Below are positions 8,168-17,132 of a stretch of 37,738 bases of DNA, piece by piece (position 1 is the first letter of the stretch; each line of letters opens with the position of its first letter). Position numbers and translations under genes: made by a program. The notes under the pieces are model-generated. The model worked only from the letters and a program-made list of their open reading frames with translations. It ran no database searches and was not told the DNA's origin. The stretch is from an uncultured Candidatus Saccharibacteria bacterium (lineage in GTDB: Bacteria > Patescibacteriota > Minisyncoccia > Phycocordibacterales > UBA9973). The stretch lies in the NCBI GenBank assembly GCA_964546355.1, contig CAZJJM010000002.1, positions 1 to 37,738 on the forward strand, given 5' to 3'.

Positions 8168-8845
8168 TTAGTTGAGATTCGTTGTCCAATCAAATAATCG
8201 CTCAGTGAATTGCACAGAACCTGCGACTGCACCACCCTTTGTCCAAAACACATAACTCGTCACTAATAATTCACGAACAGGTACTGGCGCAGAACCACTA
8301 GGAGGAAGTGTAGTGATTGCACTATTATCTACTTCTTGGATAGTAATATATCGCGTGAACCCATCATCACTTGATGGAATTAGTGCGTACTGAAAGAAAA
8401 GTCCAGTATCAACAAGATGACATCGACCAGCGGAACCAAGACACGGAAAAATATCCACAGCATACAGAGGATGCGTAGCCGACGCATCAGTGTTTGTTTG
8501 GATACTACATCCCGCTGGAGATCCTGGTGTCATAGTCACACCTGCAGGTATAACACAGTCACCAATAACACCACTTGTTGCAACACCAACACCTGTGGGT
8601 GTACCAAAAAACAAATCCCAAGTATTTTGTGAATCAATAAACGATGCTGTATCTCTAAGATTACGCACCATTTCTACACCTTCTTGTGCAAGATACGATG
8701 CAGTCAATTTGTTCTTCACATACGTTGCACCAGAAGAACCACTAATAGTCACAGAGATGAGTGCAATCACTGCCACAGAAAAAATAGACAATGCGACCAG
8801 TGTCTCAACGATAGTGAAGCCTTGTTGTGTAATAATTTTTTTCAT
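8168..8845 (-). CDS. Type IV minor pilin/pseudopilin (PilV-like)
   Basis: The internal start MKKIITQQG|FTIVETLVALSIF gives a class III (prepilin) signal with Glu5. This start also avoids overlap with the upstream gene, which the longer ORF (to 8902) does not. Confidence 0.75.
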   Translation of the reverse strand: MKKIITQQGFTIVETLVALSIFSVAVIALISVTISGSSGATYVKNKLTASYLAQEGVEMVRNLRDTASFIDSQNTWDLFFGTPTGVGVATSGVIGDCVIPAGVTMTPGSPAGCSIQTNTDASATHPLYAVDIFPCLGSAGRCHLVDTGLFFQYALIPSSDDGFTRYITIQEVDNSAITTLPPSGSAPVPVRELLVTSYVFWTKGGAVAGSVQFTERLFDWTTNLN

Positions 8846-8849
8846 ATGA

Positions 8850-9497
8850 TTATATCTCTGGATCATCTCGGTACCGAGGTGAAATAGTCGTTTGTAATAC
8901 AAATGGTGTTTGTTGGTTTTTATATGTTACAAAACCAGACAACCGTATGACGACACGAGGTTGAACTTCATCTGCTTTTTGAGAACCTAGAATAAGAAAC
9001 CCTGACTGGGCAGAGTCAATAATTACTTCGGGCGGAGTAAGGAGTTTGAATTGACCAGAAACACCTGATGCAATATCAGGGATGTCATTTTTAAATATAC
9101 CAACTGGAGTGATCACATATGCGAGACGACGAATAGTCGTAATTGTTGGATCTATATTTGTTGGAGTAAAAGACACACTTGAATATAAATTAGACGCAAC
9201 AAGACAATCTGCAGGATCAGTAAGCAGATTCCCAGACAAGGTTGGTGGAGTAGAGCCTGTAGCAGGTAGGTACAACGCGGCATCAACACCTTCACAAGTA
9301 AAGTCATACCCCAATCGAACATTTCTAGCGATATCTTCCATAACAAAACCAAGGTTGTCGATCACCGCGCGAACACTTTGTGTTTTTTTGTGCAATAAGT
9401 TTGCATTAAGCACAGCACCAATACCAATTACCATCACAATGGTGAAAAGTGCAACTGCAATCATCATTTCAATGAGGGTAAATCCACGTGTACGCAT
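8850..9497 (-). CDS. Type IV minor pilin/pseudopilin (PilW/GspJ-like)
   Basis: MRTRG|FTLIEMMIAVALFTIV is a prepilin signal. Confidence 0.75.
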   Translation of the reverse strand: MRTRGFTLIEMMIAVALFTIVMVIGIGAVLNANLLHKKTQSVRAVIDNLGFVMEDIARNVRLGYDFTCEGVDAALYLPATGSTPPTLSGNLLTDPADCLVASNLYSSVSFTPTNIDPTITTIRRLAYVITPVGIFKNDIPDIASGVSGQFKLLTPPEVIIDSAQSGFLILGSQKADEVQPRVVIRLSGFVTYKNQQTPFVLQTTISPRYRDDPEI

Positions 9498-9503
9498 ATA
9501 TGA

Positions 9504-10139
9504 TTATTCTACGCTAATTTGACCAGTCGCCCAAATAATAATATTTTTCTGACGAGTCTCATCAGCAGATTGGATGACTATCTTTCCATCAACAATTACA
9601 CCAGTAGAAACAACAGGAAAACCTGCATATCGCATTACCGCATCAAGGTTTGGTCTCTTGAAAACTACTTCGAGTGGCTTGTCAGGACTACAGTCAACAT
9701 CACCTTGCATGAGTTTACTGTTTGCACACACTTCTTTGATATCATCAGTGCCACTAATGGTGTATTTTTCGATACACTCATCCCCTACCATAGGTGTGCC
9801 GCAAGCACGGTTTGCAGGATCAAGAGAATCCAATTGACCACTATTGTCGAGATCGGCAAAATAATAAAAAGATTGTTCATTTGGATCAACATACACACCA
9901 TACGAAGGTTTGTTCGGTAAAACAAACAAGGCGTTGTATCCACCTGACGCAGAAGTAGTCTGTGCACGTTTGATCGTAAGTGCAATATCTTGAGAAAGAT
10001 TTTGTAAAGATATGTTTGAAGAAAAATCTCGTGAGTTGAACAATACCACAGACGCAATAATGCCGAACAAGCTGATAATCACGATCAGTTCAATGAACGT
10101 CATACCTTGATTCTGTTGTGTGTACCATTTTTTCATCAT
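9504..10139 (-). CDS. Type IV minor pilin/pseudopilin (FimT/GspH-like)
   Basis: MMKKWYTQQNQG|MTFIELIVIISLFGII is a prepilin signal. The start was chosen at 10139 to avoid overlap with pilD. Confidence 0.7.
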   Translation of the reverse strand: MMKKWYTQQNQGMTFIELIVIISLFGIIASVVLFNSRDFSSNISLQNLSQDIALTIKRAQTTSASGGYNALFVLPNKPSYGVYVDPNEQSFYYFADLDNSGQLDSLDPANRACGTPMVGDECIEKYTISGTDDIKEVCANSKLMQGDVDCSPDKPLEVVFKRPNLDAVMRYAGFPVVSTGVIVDGKIVIQSADETRQKNIIIWATGQISVE

Positions 10140-10147
10140 GAAATAGT

Positions 10148-10960
10148 TTAGAAAGTGAACCATCCAATAATCGTCGCAATATCAATTTGTAAAAAGTACA
10201 CGAGTAGTGTTGCAAGGAGAAGAAAAGGGGCAAACGGTACTTCTGTTTTCATTGTCCATTGAGCATTTTTTGTGAGATGTTTGATGACAAGGATTATTAC
10301 TGAAACAACTGCTCCAATCCAAAACGCGATCATTACGGCAACAATAGACTGTTTCAATCCGAGGAGTAATCCGATCGGAACCATAAGCTTGGCATCACCA
10401 AGTCCAATCGCACGGCCTTTTGAAAAATACCACAAGAGTGCAAATGGAATAGGTACAAGCACTGCTGCAAGAATATCACTGAGCATAATCGACTGACCAA
10501 AAAGAAGCATTGCAAATCGATACACAACAATCACGCCACTTAGTATATATATAAGTTTGTTTGGAATAATCTTGTGACGAATATCATAAACAGTAATTAC
10601 AAGCATTACAGAAAATACCGCAGTCAAAAGAAGAAATATTCCAAGTGTAATAAACCATGGAGTAATCATAATCACTGGTAACATGAGTGATGCAAAAAAC
10701 AAACATGCAAGCGCGGTGGCCAATTCTACGAGCGGATATTGTACAGAGATAGGACCTGCACATGAAGTGCACTTCCCTTTTTGAAACAAAAAACTAAACA
10801 GTGGTACGAGTTCATGTGCATGAAGTTGCTTACGACAATGCATGCAAAATGATCGTCCGCCGTATCCAACACCTGTTTGAAAACGATAAATAACTACATT
10901 AAGAAAACTTCCAATAAGTGCACCGAATATAAATGAGAAAAACAAGATACTAATTTGCAT
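10148..10960 (-). CDS. pilD: Prepilin peptidase (A24 aspartic protease)
   Basis: Features seen: the N-terminal CxxC..CxxC pair (CMHCRKQ...CTSCAG), the two catalytic Asp contexts (VYDIRHKIIPN and GLGDAKL), and multiple TM helices. The ORF is open to 10993, but a hairpin at 10993-11021 favours the ATG at 10960 (MQISILFF..). Confidence 0.88.
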   Translation of the reverse strand: MQISILFFSFIFGALIGSFLNVVIYRFQTGVGYGGRSFCMHCRKQLHAHELVPLFSFLFQKGKCTSCAGPISVQYPLVELATALACLFFASLMLPVIMITPWFITLGIFLLLTAVFSVMLVITVYDIRHKIIPNKLIYILSGVIVVYRFAMLLFGQSIMLSDILAAVLVPIPFALLWYFSKGRAIGLGDAKLMVPIGLLLGLKQSIVAVMIAFWIGAVVSVIILVIKHLTKNAQWTMKTEVPFAPFLLLATLLVYFLQIDIATIIGWFTF

Positions 10961-10992
10961 ATGTAATAAGTATACCACACCAATACAAAACA

Positions 10993-11021
10993 AAAACCAT
11001 CCGCCTAAACGAATGGTTTTT
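10993..11021 (-). terminator. Weak terminator/attenuator hairpin after the major pilin gene
   Basis: Minus strand reads AAAACCAT-(12-nt loop)-ATGGTTTT followed by TGTTTTG. Confidence 0.4.
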
Positions 11022-11054
11022 AATCTTCTCTGTCGACAAGAGGATTTTTAGGAA

Positions 11055-11513
11055 CTAGTTACAAGCGTTAGCTGTGATTGCACCAGCAGCAGCACCTGCA
11101 TTTTTTGCTGATGAACCAGTTGAATCAACACACCATGAACCACCTTGAGTGAGATCAGCAGCAACAGCCCAAGCTGTTGTAGTACTAGAACAGTTAATTC
11201 CATTACTATTACGTTTTGTTAAAGATGTCGTTAATTTAACAATACCTGCGTCTGCAAAAATACTACTTGCTGTTGCACCAGTCGGTGCTGCATCTGTAGC
11301 ACAATTTGTACCAGCTGCTGTACCATAACTTCCAACTGAATCGTAAACAATCTCTGCTTGCGCACGAAGACTTGAGAGTTCACCCTTGATCGCAGCATCA
11401 GCACCTTTACCACGAGCACTGTTGAGCGATGCGAGCACAACAGATGCAAGGATTCCGATGATTGCAACAACAACCAAAAGTTCAATCAATGTAAAACCTG
11501 AATTTTTTTTCAT
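11055..11513 (-). CDS. pilA: Major type IV pilin (GspG/PilA-like)
   Basis: MKKNSG|[28 protein letters not shown] is a textbook prepilin signal. The protein is 152 aa with four Cys in the Ala/Gly/Thr-rich C-terminal half. The gene has its own promoter region and terminators on both sides. Confidence 0.85.
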   Translation of the reverse strand: MKKNSGFTLIELLVVVAIIGILASVVLASLNSARGKGADAAIKGELSSLRAQAEIVYDSVGSYGTAAGTNCATDAAPTGATASSIFADAGIVKLTTSLTKRNSNGINCSSTTTAWAVAADLTQGGSWCVDSTGSSAKNAGAAAGAITANACN

Positions 11514-11587
11514 ACGTATGAATTAAACTTAATTATATTTCCGCTCATGAACGGAAATGTTTATTACTAATAACTTCTTTATTGTAT

Positions 11588-11614
11588 CACAAAACACCTG
11601 TTGTACAGGTGTTT
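11588..11614 (-). terminator. Rho-independent terminator after pilC
   Basis: Minus strand reads AAACACCTGT-aca-ACAGGTGTTT followed by TGTG. Confidence 0.55.
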
Positions 11615-11639
11615 CTGTGGATATCTCTGTGTATAAATT

Positions 11640-12842
11640 TTACTCAATACCACTGGCGATATTGTAGATCGGCACAAGTACTGATGTGAGAAGTACGCCA
11701 ACACCGAGACCGAGCAATACAATCATAATCGGTTCGATGAGTCCTACCATAGTATCAACAGCATCATCCACTTCTCGCTTGTAGAAATGAGCAAGTGTGC
11801 GAAGAATCTGCGCGAGTGAACCAGTTTCTTCACCGACACGAATCATTTGCACGAGAATAGATGGTACCTCAGGATGTGATTCAAAAGATTGTGAGAGTGA
11901 TCTACCTTCCTTCACTGCTTCTGCGGCTTCTTTCATAATATTTTCATAAATACTATTACCAACCACAGATCCAGTGATTTCAATCGAACGCACAATTGCG
12001 ATTCCTGATGTAAGCATAGTGTCCATGTTGTCAGAAATACGAGAGAGGTATAACTTGTGAAATAGGTCACCGACAACTGGCGTAGAGAGTTTTACTCGAT
12101 CGAGAAATAATTTACCTTTTGGAGTGAGGGACATACGCCACACATAAAACAAAGCGATGATGAAAAAGATTGCAAAGAAAATACCGTACTGCACAGTAAA
12201 ATTACTGACACCGATGACAATACGTGTGTAGAGTGGCACGGTCTGTGCTGATTCAAGAATAATCGCAGACAATTTCGGAATCACCACAACGAACATCAAT
12301 ATCATCACCGCAAAGAACGTGAAGATCACGAATGCAGGATAAATAAGCGCGTTCTTCGTCTTGGATGTCAGAGCGTATTGACGGTCGAGATAGTCAGCGA
12401 GATAGATGAAGGTTTGATTCAATTTACCAGATTCTTCACCCGCACGCACCATGTTGATATAAAAATCAGAGAACACATCACTGTGTTTACTAAGCGCACC
12501 AGAAATAGAATTACCTGCCTGCAAATCATCTACCACTTGGTTCAACTTGCGTTTCAATAGTGAATTTTCGGTATTACCTGCGAGAAGCGAGAATGCTTTG
12601 AGTGCGGACACTTGCGCCTCAAACAATGTTGAGATTTGTCGAGAAAGTACCACGACTTCTTTGACGGATACTTTTTCAAAAAGATTCTTTTTCAAAAAAC
12701 CTTTTTCTTCTTCTATGGTCACAGAAACCACGATAAAACCTCTCCGCTGAAGTGCAGAAATAGCAGAGTCACGATTTGTTGCACTGATTGTTCCTTCTTT
12801 ATGTTCACCTTTATCGGTGATTGCTTTGTAACTAAATGTCAT
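11640..12842 (-). CDS. pilC: Type IV pilus platform protein (GspF family)
   Basis: 400 aa with a duplicated T2SSF-type domain architecture and 3 TM segments. It sits between pilT and the pilin gene. Confidence 0.9.
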   Translation of the reverse strand: MTFSYKAITDKGEHKEGTISATNRDSAISALQRRGFIVVSVTIEEEKGFLKKNLFEKVSVKEVVVLSRQISTLFEAQVSALKAFSLLAGNTENSLLKRKLNQVVDDLQAGNSISGALSKHSDVFSDFYINMVRAGEESGKLNQTFIYLADYLDRQYALTSKTKNALIYPAFVIFTFFAVMILMFVVVIPKLSAIILESAQTVPLYTRIVIGVSNFTVQYGIFFAIFFIIALFYVWRMSLTPKGKLFLDRVKLSTPVVGDLFHKLYLSRISDNMDTMLTSGIAIVRSIEITGSVVGNSIYENIMKEAAEAVKEGRSLSQSFESHPEVPSILVQMIRVGEETGSLAQILRTLAHFYKREVDDAVDTMVGLIEPIMIVLLGLGVGVLLTSVLVPIYNIASGIE

Positions 12843-12861
12843 ATGATGTTAGTATAGCATG

Positions 12862-13923
12862 TTACATCATGCGTTCGAGTGACTTTGGATTAAATGAATA
12901 GAGAAATGCGTTTTCAATAGTGATTTCTCCGAGACGAACCAGTTCGAGCAATGAACGATTCATGTCAACCATCCCAGACTCAAAACCTGTCTCAATAACC
13001 ACGTCTATCTCATGGGTTCGCTTTTCACGAATGAGGTTTGATACAGCATTGTTATTGATAAGCAACTCATATGCTGGCACAAGTCCACCACTAATTCGCG
13101 GAACAAGACGTTGTGAGAAAATCCCAAGCAAACTTGATGCAAGTTGTGTACGAATCTGATCTTGTTGTCCTGATGAGGCAAATGAATCAACGATACGGTC
13201 GATAGTTTGAGATGCATTATTCGTATGCAATGTTGAGAACACCAAGTGTCCTGTCTCTGCGGCAGTTACTGCTGTCGAGATTGTTTCTGCACTGCGCATC
13301 TCACCAATCAAAATCACGTTGATATCTTCACGGAAAATAGACTTGAGTGCATTATTGAAATCTTTGGTATCAATACCAACTTCACGCTGATCAATAATAG
13401 AACGATTTGCTTCGTAGATATGCTCGATCGGATCTTCAACCGTGACAATGCGTTCAGCGCGTTCGTTGTTGATCATATTAATCATCGCTGCGAGTGTAGT
13501 TGACTTCCCTTGTCCGACAGGACCAACCACAAGAAAGAATCCTTGCTTCTTGCGAGCAAATGTTTCAAGAATTGGTGGCAAGCGAAGTTCTTGCAAACTC
13601 TTTACGGTAGGAACAAGACGAATTGCAATAGCGATCTGACCTTTTTGGAAATATGCATTACAGCGAAAGCGATTCTTTTCTTGATAGGTATACGCAAAAT
13701 CAACTTCTTGATCTTCCATAAAACGCTCAACTTTCTTCTCATCAAGCATTACTTTCAAAATACCCACCATGTCTTCCTTTGTCGGAATACGCGCCTTCAT
13801 GAGAAAGATCAATTGACCAGACACACGCACTGACGGATAGCGTCCTGCTGAAATGTGAATATCAGATCCATTTTCATGGAGCACTGTATCGAATAATTCA
13901 TGTATATATGCTTGATGATCCAT
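12862..13923 (-). CDS. pilT: Type IV pilus retraction ATPase
   Basis: 353 aa. Features seen: Walker A GPVGQGKSTT, Asp box, His box and the AYELLINNNAVSNLIREKRTHEI region typical of PilT. Confidence 0.9.
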   Translation of the reverse strand: MDHQAYIHELFDTVLHENGSDIHISAGRYPSVRVSGQLIFLMKARIPTKEDMVGILKVMLDEKKVERFMEDQEVDFAYTYQEKNRFRCNAYFQKGQIAIAIRLVPTVKSLQELRLPPILETFARKKQGFFLVVGPVGQGKSTTLAAMINMINNERAERIVTVEDPIEHIYEANRSIIDQREVGIDTKDFNNALKSIFREDINVILIGEMRSAETISTAVTAAETGHLVFSTLHTNNASQTIDRIVDSFASSGQQDQIRTQLASSLLGIFSQRLVPRISGGLVPAYELLINNNAVSNLIREKRTHEIDVVIETGFESGMVDMNRSLLELVRLGEITIENAFLYSFNPKSLERMM

Positions 13924-13928
13924 ATGTA

Positions 13929-14300
13929 TTATAAAAATGTGTTAACGCGTTCAACAACTTCTGTCGGTGTCGAGTTCGCTTTGATAATGTATCCTATTGC
14001 ACCATATTTATCACAGAGAGTGATATCTTCTGGTTCACCCTTGTTGGTAAGCATGATGACTTTTGCTTTTTTTAATCGATCTTCTTTTTGTATCTGTTTC
14101 AATGTTTCAAACCCATCCATCACCGGCATAGTCAAATCAAGCAGTATAATATCCGGAATTATTGTTTGAAGTTTTTCTAATGCATTTTTACCATTACTTG
14201 CAGTAGTTACTTCATACCCAGCAGTTTTGAAACGCATCGAATACATATCAAGAAAAAATGTATCATCATCTACTATCAGAATGTGTATTTTTTCTTTCAT
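13929..14300 (-). CDS. Single-domain CheY-like response regulator (receiver only)
   Basis: 123 aa. Features seen: the acidic pocket IVDDD, the phospho-acceptor context ILLDLTMPVMDG, the conserved T (MLTNKG) and the conserved K (IIKAN). There is no output domain. Confidence 0.88.
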   Translation of the reverse strand: MKEKIHILIVDDDTFFLDMYSMRFKTAGYEVTTASNGKNALEKLQTIIPDIILLDLTMPVMDGFETLKQIQKEDRLKKAKVIMLTNKGEPEDITLCDKYGAIGYIIKANSTPTEVVERVNTFL

Positions 14301-14305
14301 ATATC

Positions 14306-16042
14306 TTAATTAAAATTATACACCTCATTGAAAGGAATGACACCTTCCATACTTTTCAAAATGGCGTCTTCTTTCATAGTAATCATACCTTTTGCTCGCG
14401 CAGCCTTGTAAATTTCTGGTTCTACGGGATTTTTCAAAATAATACTCTGCATTTCTTTATCCACAACGAACATTTCAAAAATCGCCTGACGCCCTTTGAC
14501 ACCAGAAGAACACTCCGCAGAAGGAACAGCTTCATGAACTTCTGATTTAAATGGAAGTTCTTTTTTGAATTCTTCAGGAAGATCAGTGAACTGCTTGTCG
14601 ATAAACATCTTCGTACTTTCATCGACAGGTACTGCTTTTTTTGAACTTGGACAAATAACTCTCGAGAGACGTTGTGCCACAGAGAGAATCAGTGTCGGCG
14701 CGATAAGGTACGGATCGACTCCCATGTCTACCAAACGAGGAATTACACCAATAGCGTTGTTGGTGTGCAGAGTTGAAATCACCAAGTGTCCAGTAAGCGC
14801 AGCTTGAATCGCGAGTTCTGCAGTCTCTTTGTCGCGGATTTCTCCCACCATGATGATGTTCGGGTCTTGACGCAAAATAGAACGAAGACCTGATGCAAAG
14901 GTATAGCCAATTTCTGGCATGACCTGTGACTGGTTCATGTCTGGAATGTGATATTCGACTGGATCTTCTAGAGAAACAACGTTTGCTGTCTCACGGTCAA
15001 GTTCATTGATAAGTGAGTACAATGTAGTAGATTTACCTGAACCCGTCGGACCAGTAACAAGAATAAGTCCATACGGTCTTTTTATTGCATTACGAATCAA
15101 ATCAAGATTTCTCTTTGACATATTGAGTTGTTCAAGAGAACGAACACCTTTTTCTGAATCAAGAATACGAATCACCACCTTTTCTCCGTAATACGTTGGA
15201 AGTGTCGACACACGGAAATCAATCTTGCGACCATCGATTTTTGCAGAAAAATTACCATCTTGTGGTTTGCGCTTTTCATCAAGACGTAATTTTGAAAGAA
15301 TTTTCACACGAGCAATAACACCCGCATACACATTGAGTGGCAACACGAGACTGGTATGAAGTACACCGTCAACACGAAAACGGACCTTAACTTTGTCTCC
15401 CCCATTTTCAATGTGGATGTCAGACGCTTCACCCTCAATCGCATGACGAATAATCACGGCAACGATTTTGATAATCGGTGCTTCTTCCACGATACGCTCT
15501 TCTTCACCAGGAGCGAGTGATTGTTGAATATTTGCTTGTTCAATCGCAAGATCAGTGTCTTCTTGTGCCAATGATTCAGTGTTAAATTCTGACAACGCTT
15601 GATCTACTTCGGCAGTAAGTTGTCGATACGCAGTAACAGCTTGCTTAAAATCAGACGGAGAAACAATGAACAGCTTGAATGGAACATTTGATTTACCGGA
15701 AACAAACCGCAAAGCATCCATCGCAGCAATATTATCTGGATCAACAATACCAACTTCTAGTATGCCGTTTTGCAAACCAATCGGAACAAATTGGTAATGA
15801 TCCACTGTGTCTTTTGGAATATATTTCAAAAGTTCTGGTGTGACGTGTGCAATATCTACAACTGTTGATGGAATATTAAAATATGCACTCTTGAGTGAAA
15901 TGAGGTTCTTCTCAGACATGCCAAGTTCTATAAGCGCTTGATCAATATCGCCTCCAAATGCTTCATTTGCGCGACGTTTTACTTCAAGTATTTGCTTTTG
16001 CTCGATAATGCCACGTTGTGCAAGTTCATCTAAAAAAGTCAT
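14306..16042 (-). CDS. pilB: Type IV pilus assembly ATPase (GspE family)
   Basis: 578 aa. Features seen: an N-terminal T2SSE_N-like domain, Walker A GPTGSGKSTT, and a tetracysteine-region remnant. Confidence 0.92.
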   Translation of the reverse strand: MTFLDELAQRGIIEQKQILEVKRRANEAFGGDIDQALIELGMSEKNLISLKSAYFNIPSTVVDIAHVTPELLKYIPKDTVDHYQFVPIGLQNGILEVGIVDPDNIAAMDALRFVSGKSNVPFKLFIVSPSDFKQAVTAYRQLTAEVDQALSEFNTESLAQEDTDLAIEQANIQQSLAPGEEERIVEEAPIIKIVAVIIRHAIEGEASDIHIENGGDKVKVRFRVDGVLHTSLVLPLNVYAGVIARVKILSKLRLDEKRKPQDGNFSAKIDGRKIDFRVSTLPTYYGEKVVIRILDSEKGVRSLEQLNMSKRNLDLIRNAIKRPYGLILVTGPTGSGKSTTLYSLINELDRETANVVSLEDPVEYHIPDMNQSQVMPEIGYTFASGLRSILRQDPNIIMVGEIRDKETAELAIQAALTGHLVISTLHTNNAIGVIPRLVDMGVDPYLIAPTLILSVAQRLSRVICPSSKKAVPVDESTKMFIDKQFTDLPEEFKKELPFKSEVHEAVPSAECSSGVKGRQAIFEMFVVDKEMQSIILKNPVEPEIYKAARAKGMITMKEDAILKSMEGVIPFNEVYNFN

Positions 16043-16057
16043 AGGTGTAACACGATA

Positions 16058-16522
16058 TTATTGTGTATTGTTTTGATTAAGTAATTGATTCAACAAATTA
16101 GTTGTATTAACAGGTGCTTGTGTTTGAGTTATTGCTGTACCAGCGTTTGTAGCTGACAAAAGTCCCACAGAAATACTTGGGTCACTTCCAATAGGAGAAA
16201 AAGGATTCACACGACCTTCATTTCCAAGCGGAACAAGTGGACGAGTAAAATCTTGAAGACTCTTAAAAGCTGGATCAGTAAAAACTCCATCATTCAAAGA
16301 CATTTTTCTGAGACTCAGTAATGATGAGAGAAATTCTTGACCTGTATCACTGATTGCACTTATATCAGTAGTTGCTGCAGGATTTGCTGTCTGTGTCACG
16401 CCATTTGAAGTACTGAGCAGAGAAGATGTTCCTGTTGCGCCTTGCTTTTGTACTACGAAGAAATAATATCCTCCTCCTAGTACCCCTACTATAACTAATA
16501 TGATGAGTAATTTTTTAAGCAT
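16058..16522 (-). CDS. Membrane-anchored pilus-cluster protein, possibly PilP-like
   Basis: 154 aa. Features seen: an N-terminal TM helix (LLIILVIVGVLGGGYYFFVV), an S/T-rich linker and a GRVNPFSP motif resembling the RDPF motif of PilP/GspC-type proteins. Its position follows pilO. Confidence 0.45.
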   Translation of the reverse strand: MLKKLLIILVIVGVLGGGYYFFVVQKQGATGTSSLLSTSNGVTQTANPAATTDISAISDTGQEFLSSLLSLRKMSLNDGVFTDPAFKSLQDFTRPLVPLGNEGRVNPFSPIGSDPSISVGLLSATNAGTAITQTQAPVNTTNLLNQLLNQNNTQ

Positions 16523-16528
16523 ATATAT

Positions 16529-17128
16529 TTACTTCTTAAGCCAATATGTTTTGACCTTAAATTCATATTTGTACATATCGCTCGACGCCTGAGATGTACC
16601 GACTGATTCTGTGGAACTAAAAGTGATCGAATTCACATCAACTACACGAAGACTTTTTTCCAAATCTTTCACAAAACTCACAAAATTACTGTATGACGCA
16701 CGAGTTGTCACAAATTGCATTTCGAAAATACCATAATCTTTTTTGTTTGCGAGTTGCGCACTTGATTGGACAACCTGCGCACCATCTTCCTTTTTTTCAC
16801 CAGTGACACTTGCGTCAAATTTGATATTTTGAATGTCCATACCGTATGTTTGAGCAATACGCTGAATATCAAGAATTAATTTTATGTTGTCTACGTTATC
16901 AGGAAGTATTTTGTTTAGTTTATCCAAATCTGTTTTGGAAAAAGTATTATATTTGTTGTTGAGTGTGTCACGAGTTTCTTTGAGCTGACGTGCGTTCGTA
17001 AGTGCTTCTTCATACGAAGCACTTTTTTCCATCAAAGATCGTGCTTCTTTGTATGTTTTGTCGGTAAACAAAAAGAATGTTCCTAATGCAACTCCGATTA
17101 ATGTAACTGGGATAATAAGTCTAAACAT
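16529..17128 (-). CDS. pilO: PilO-like pilus alignment protein
   Basis: 199 aa with an N-terminal TM helix, then a coiled-coil-like segment, then an alpha/beta C-terminus. The call rests mainly on position after pilM-pilN. Confidence 0.5.
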   Translation of the reverse strand: MFRLIIPVTLIGVALGTFFLFTDKTYKEARSLMEKSASYEEALTNARQLKETRDTLNNKYNTFSKTDLDKLNKILPDNVDNIKLILDIQRIAQTYGMDIQNIKFDASVTGEKKEDGAQVVQSSAQLANKKDYGIFEMQFVTTRASYSNFVSFVKDLEKSLRVVDVNSITFSSTESVGTSQASSDMYKYEFKVKTYWLKK

Positions 17129-17132
17129 ATAA

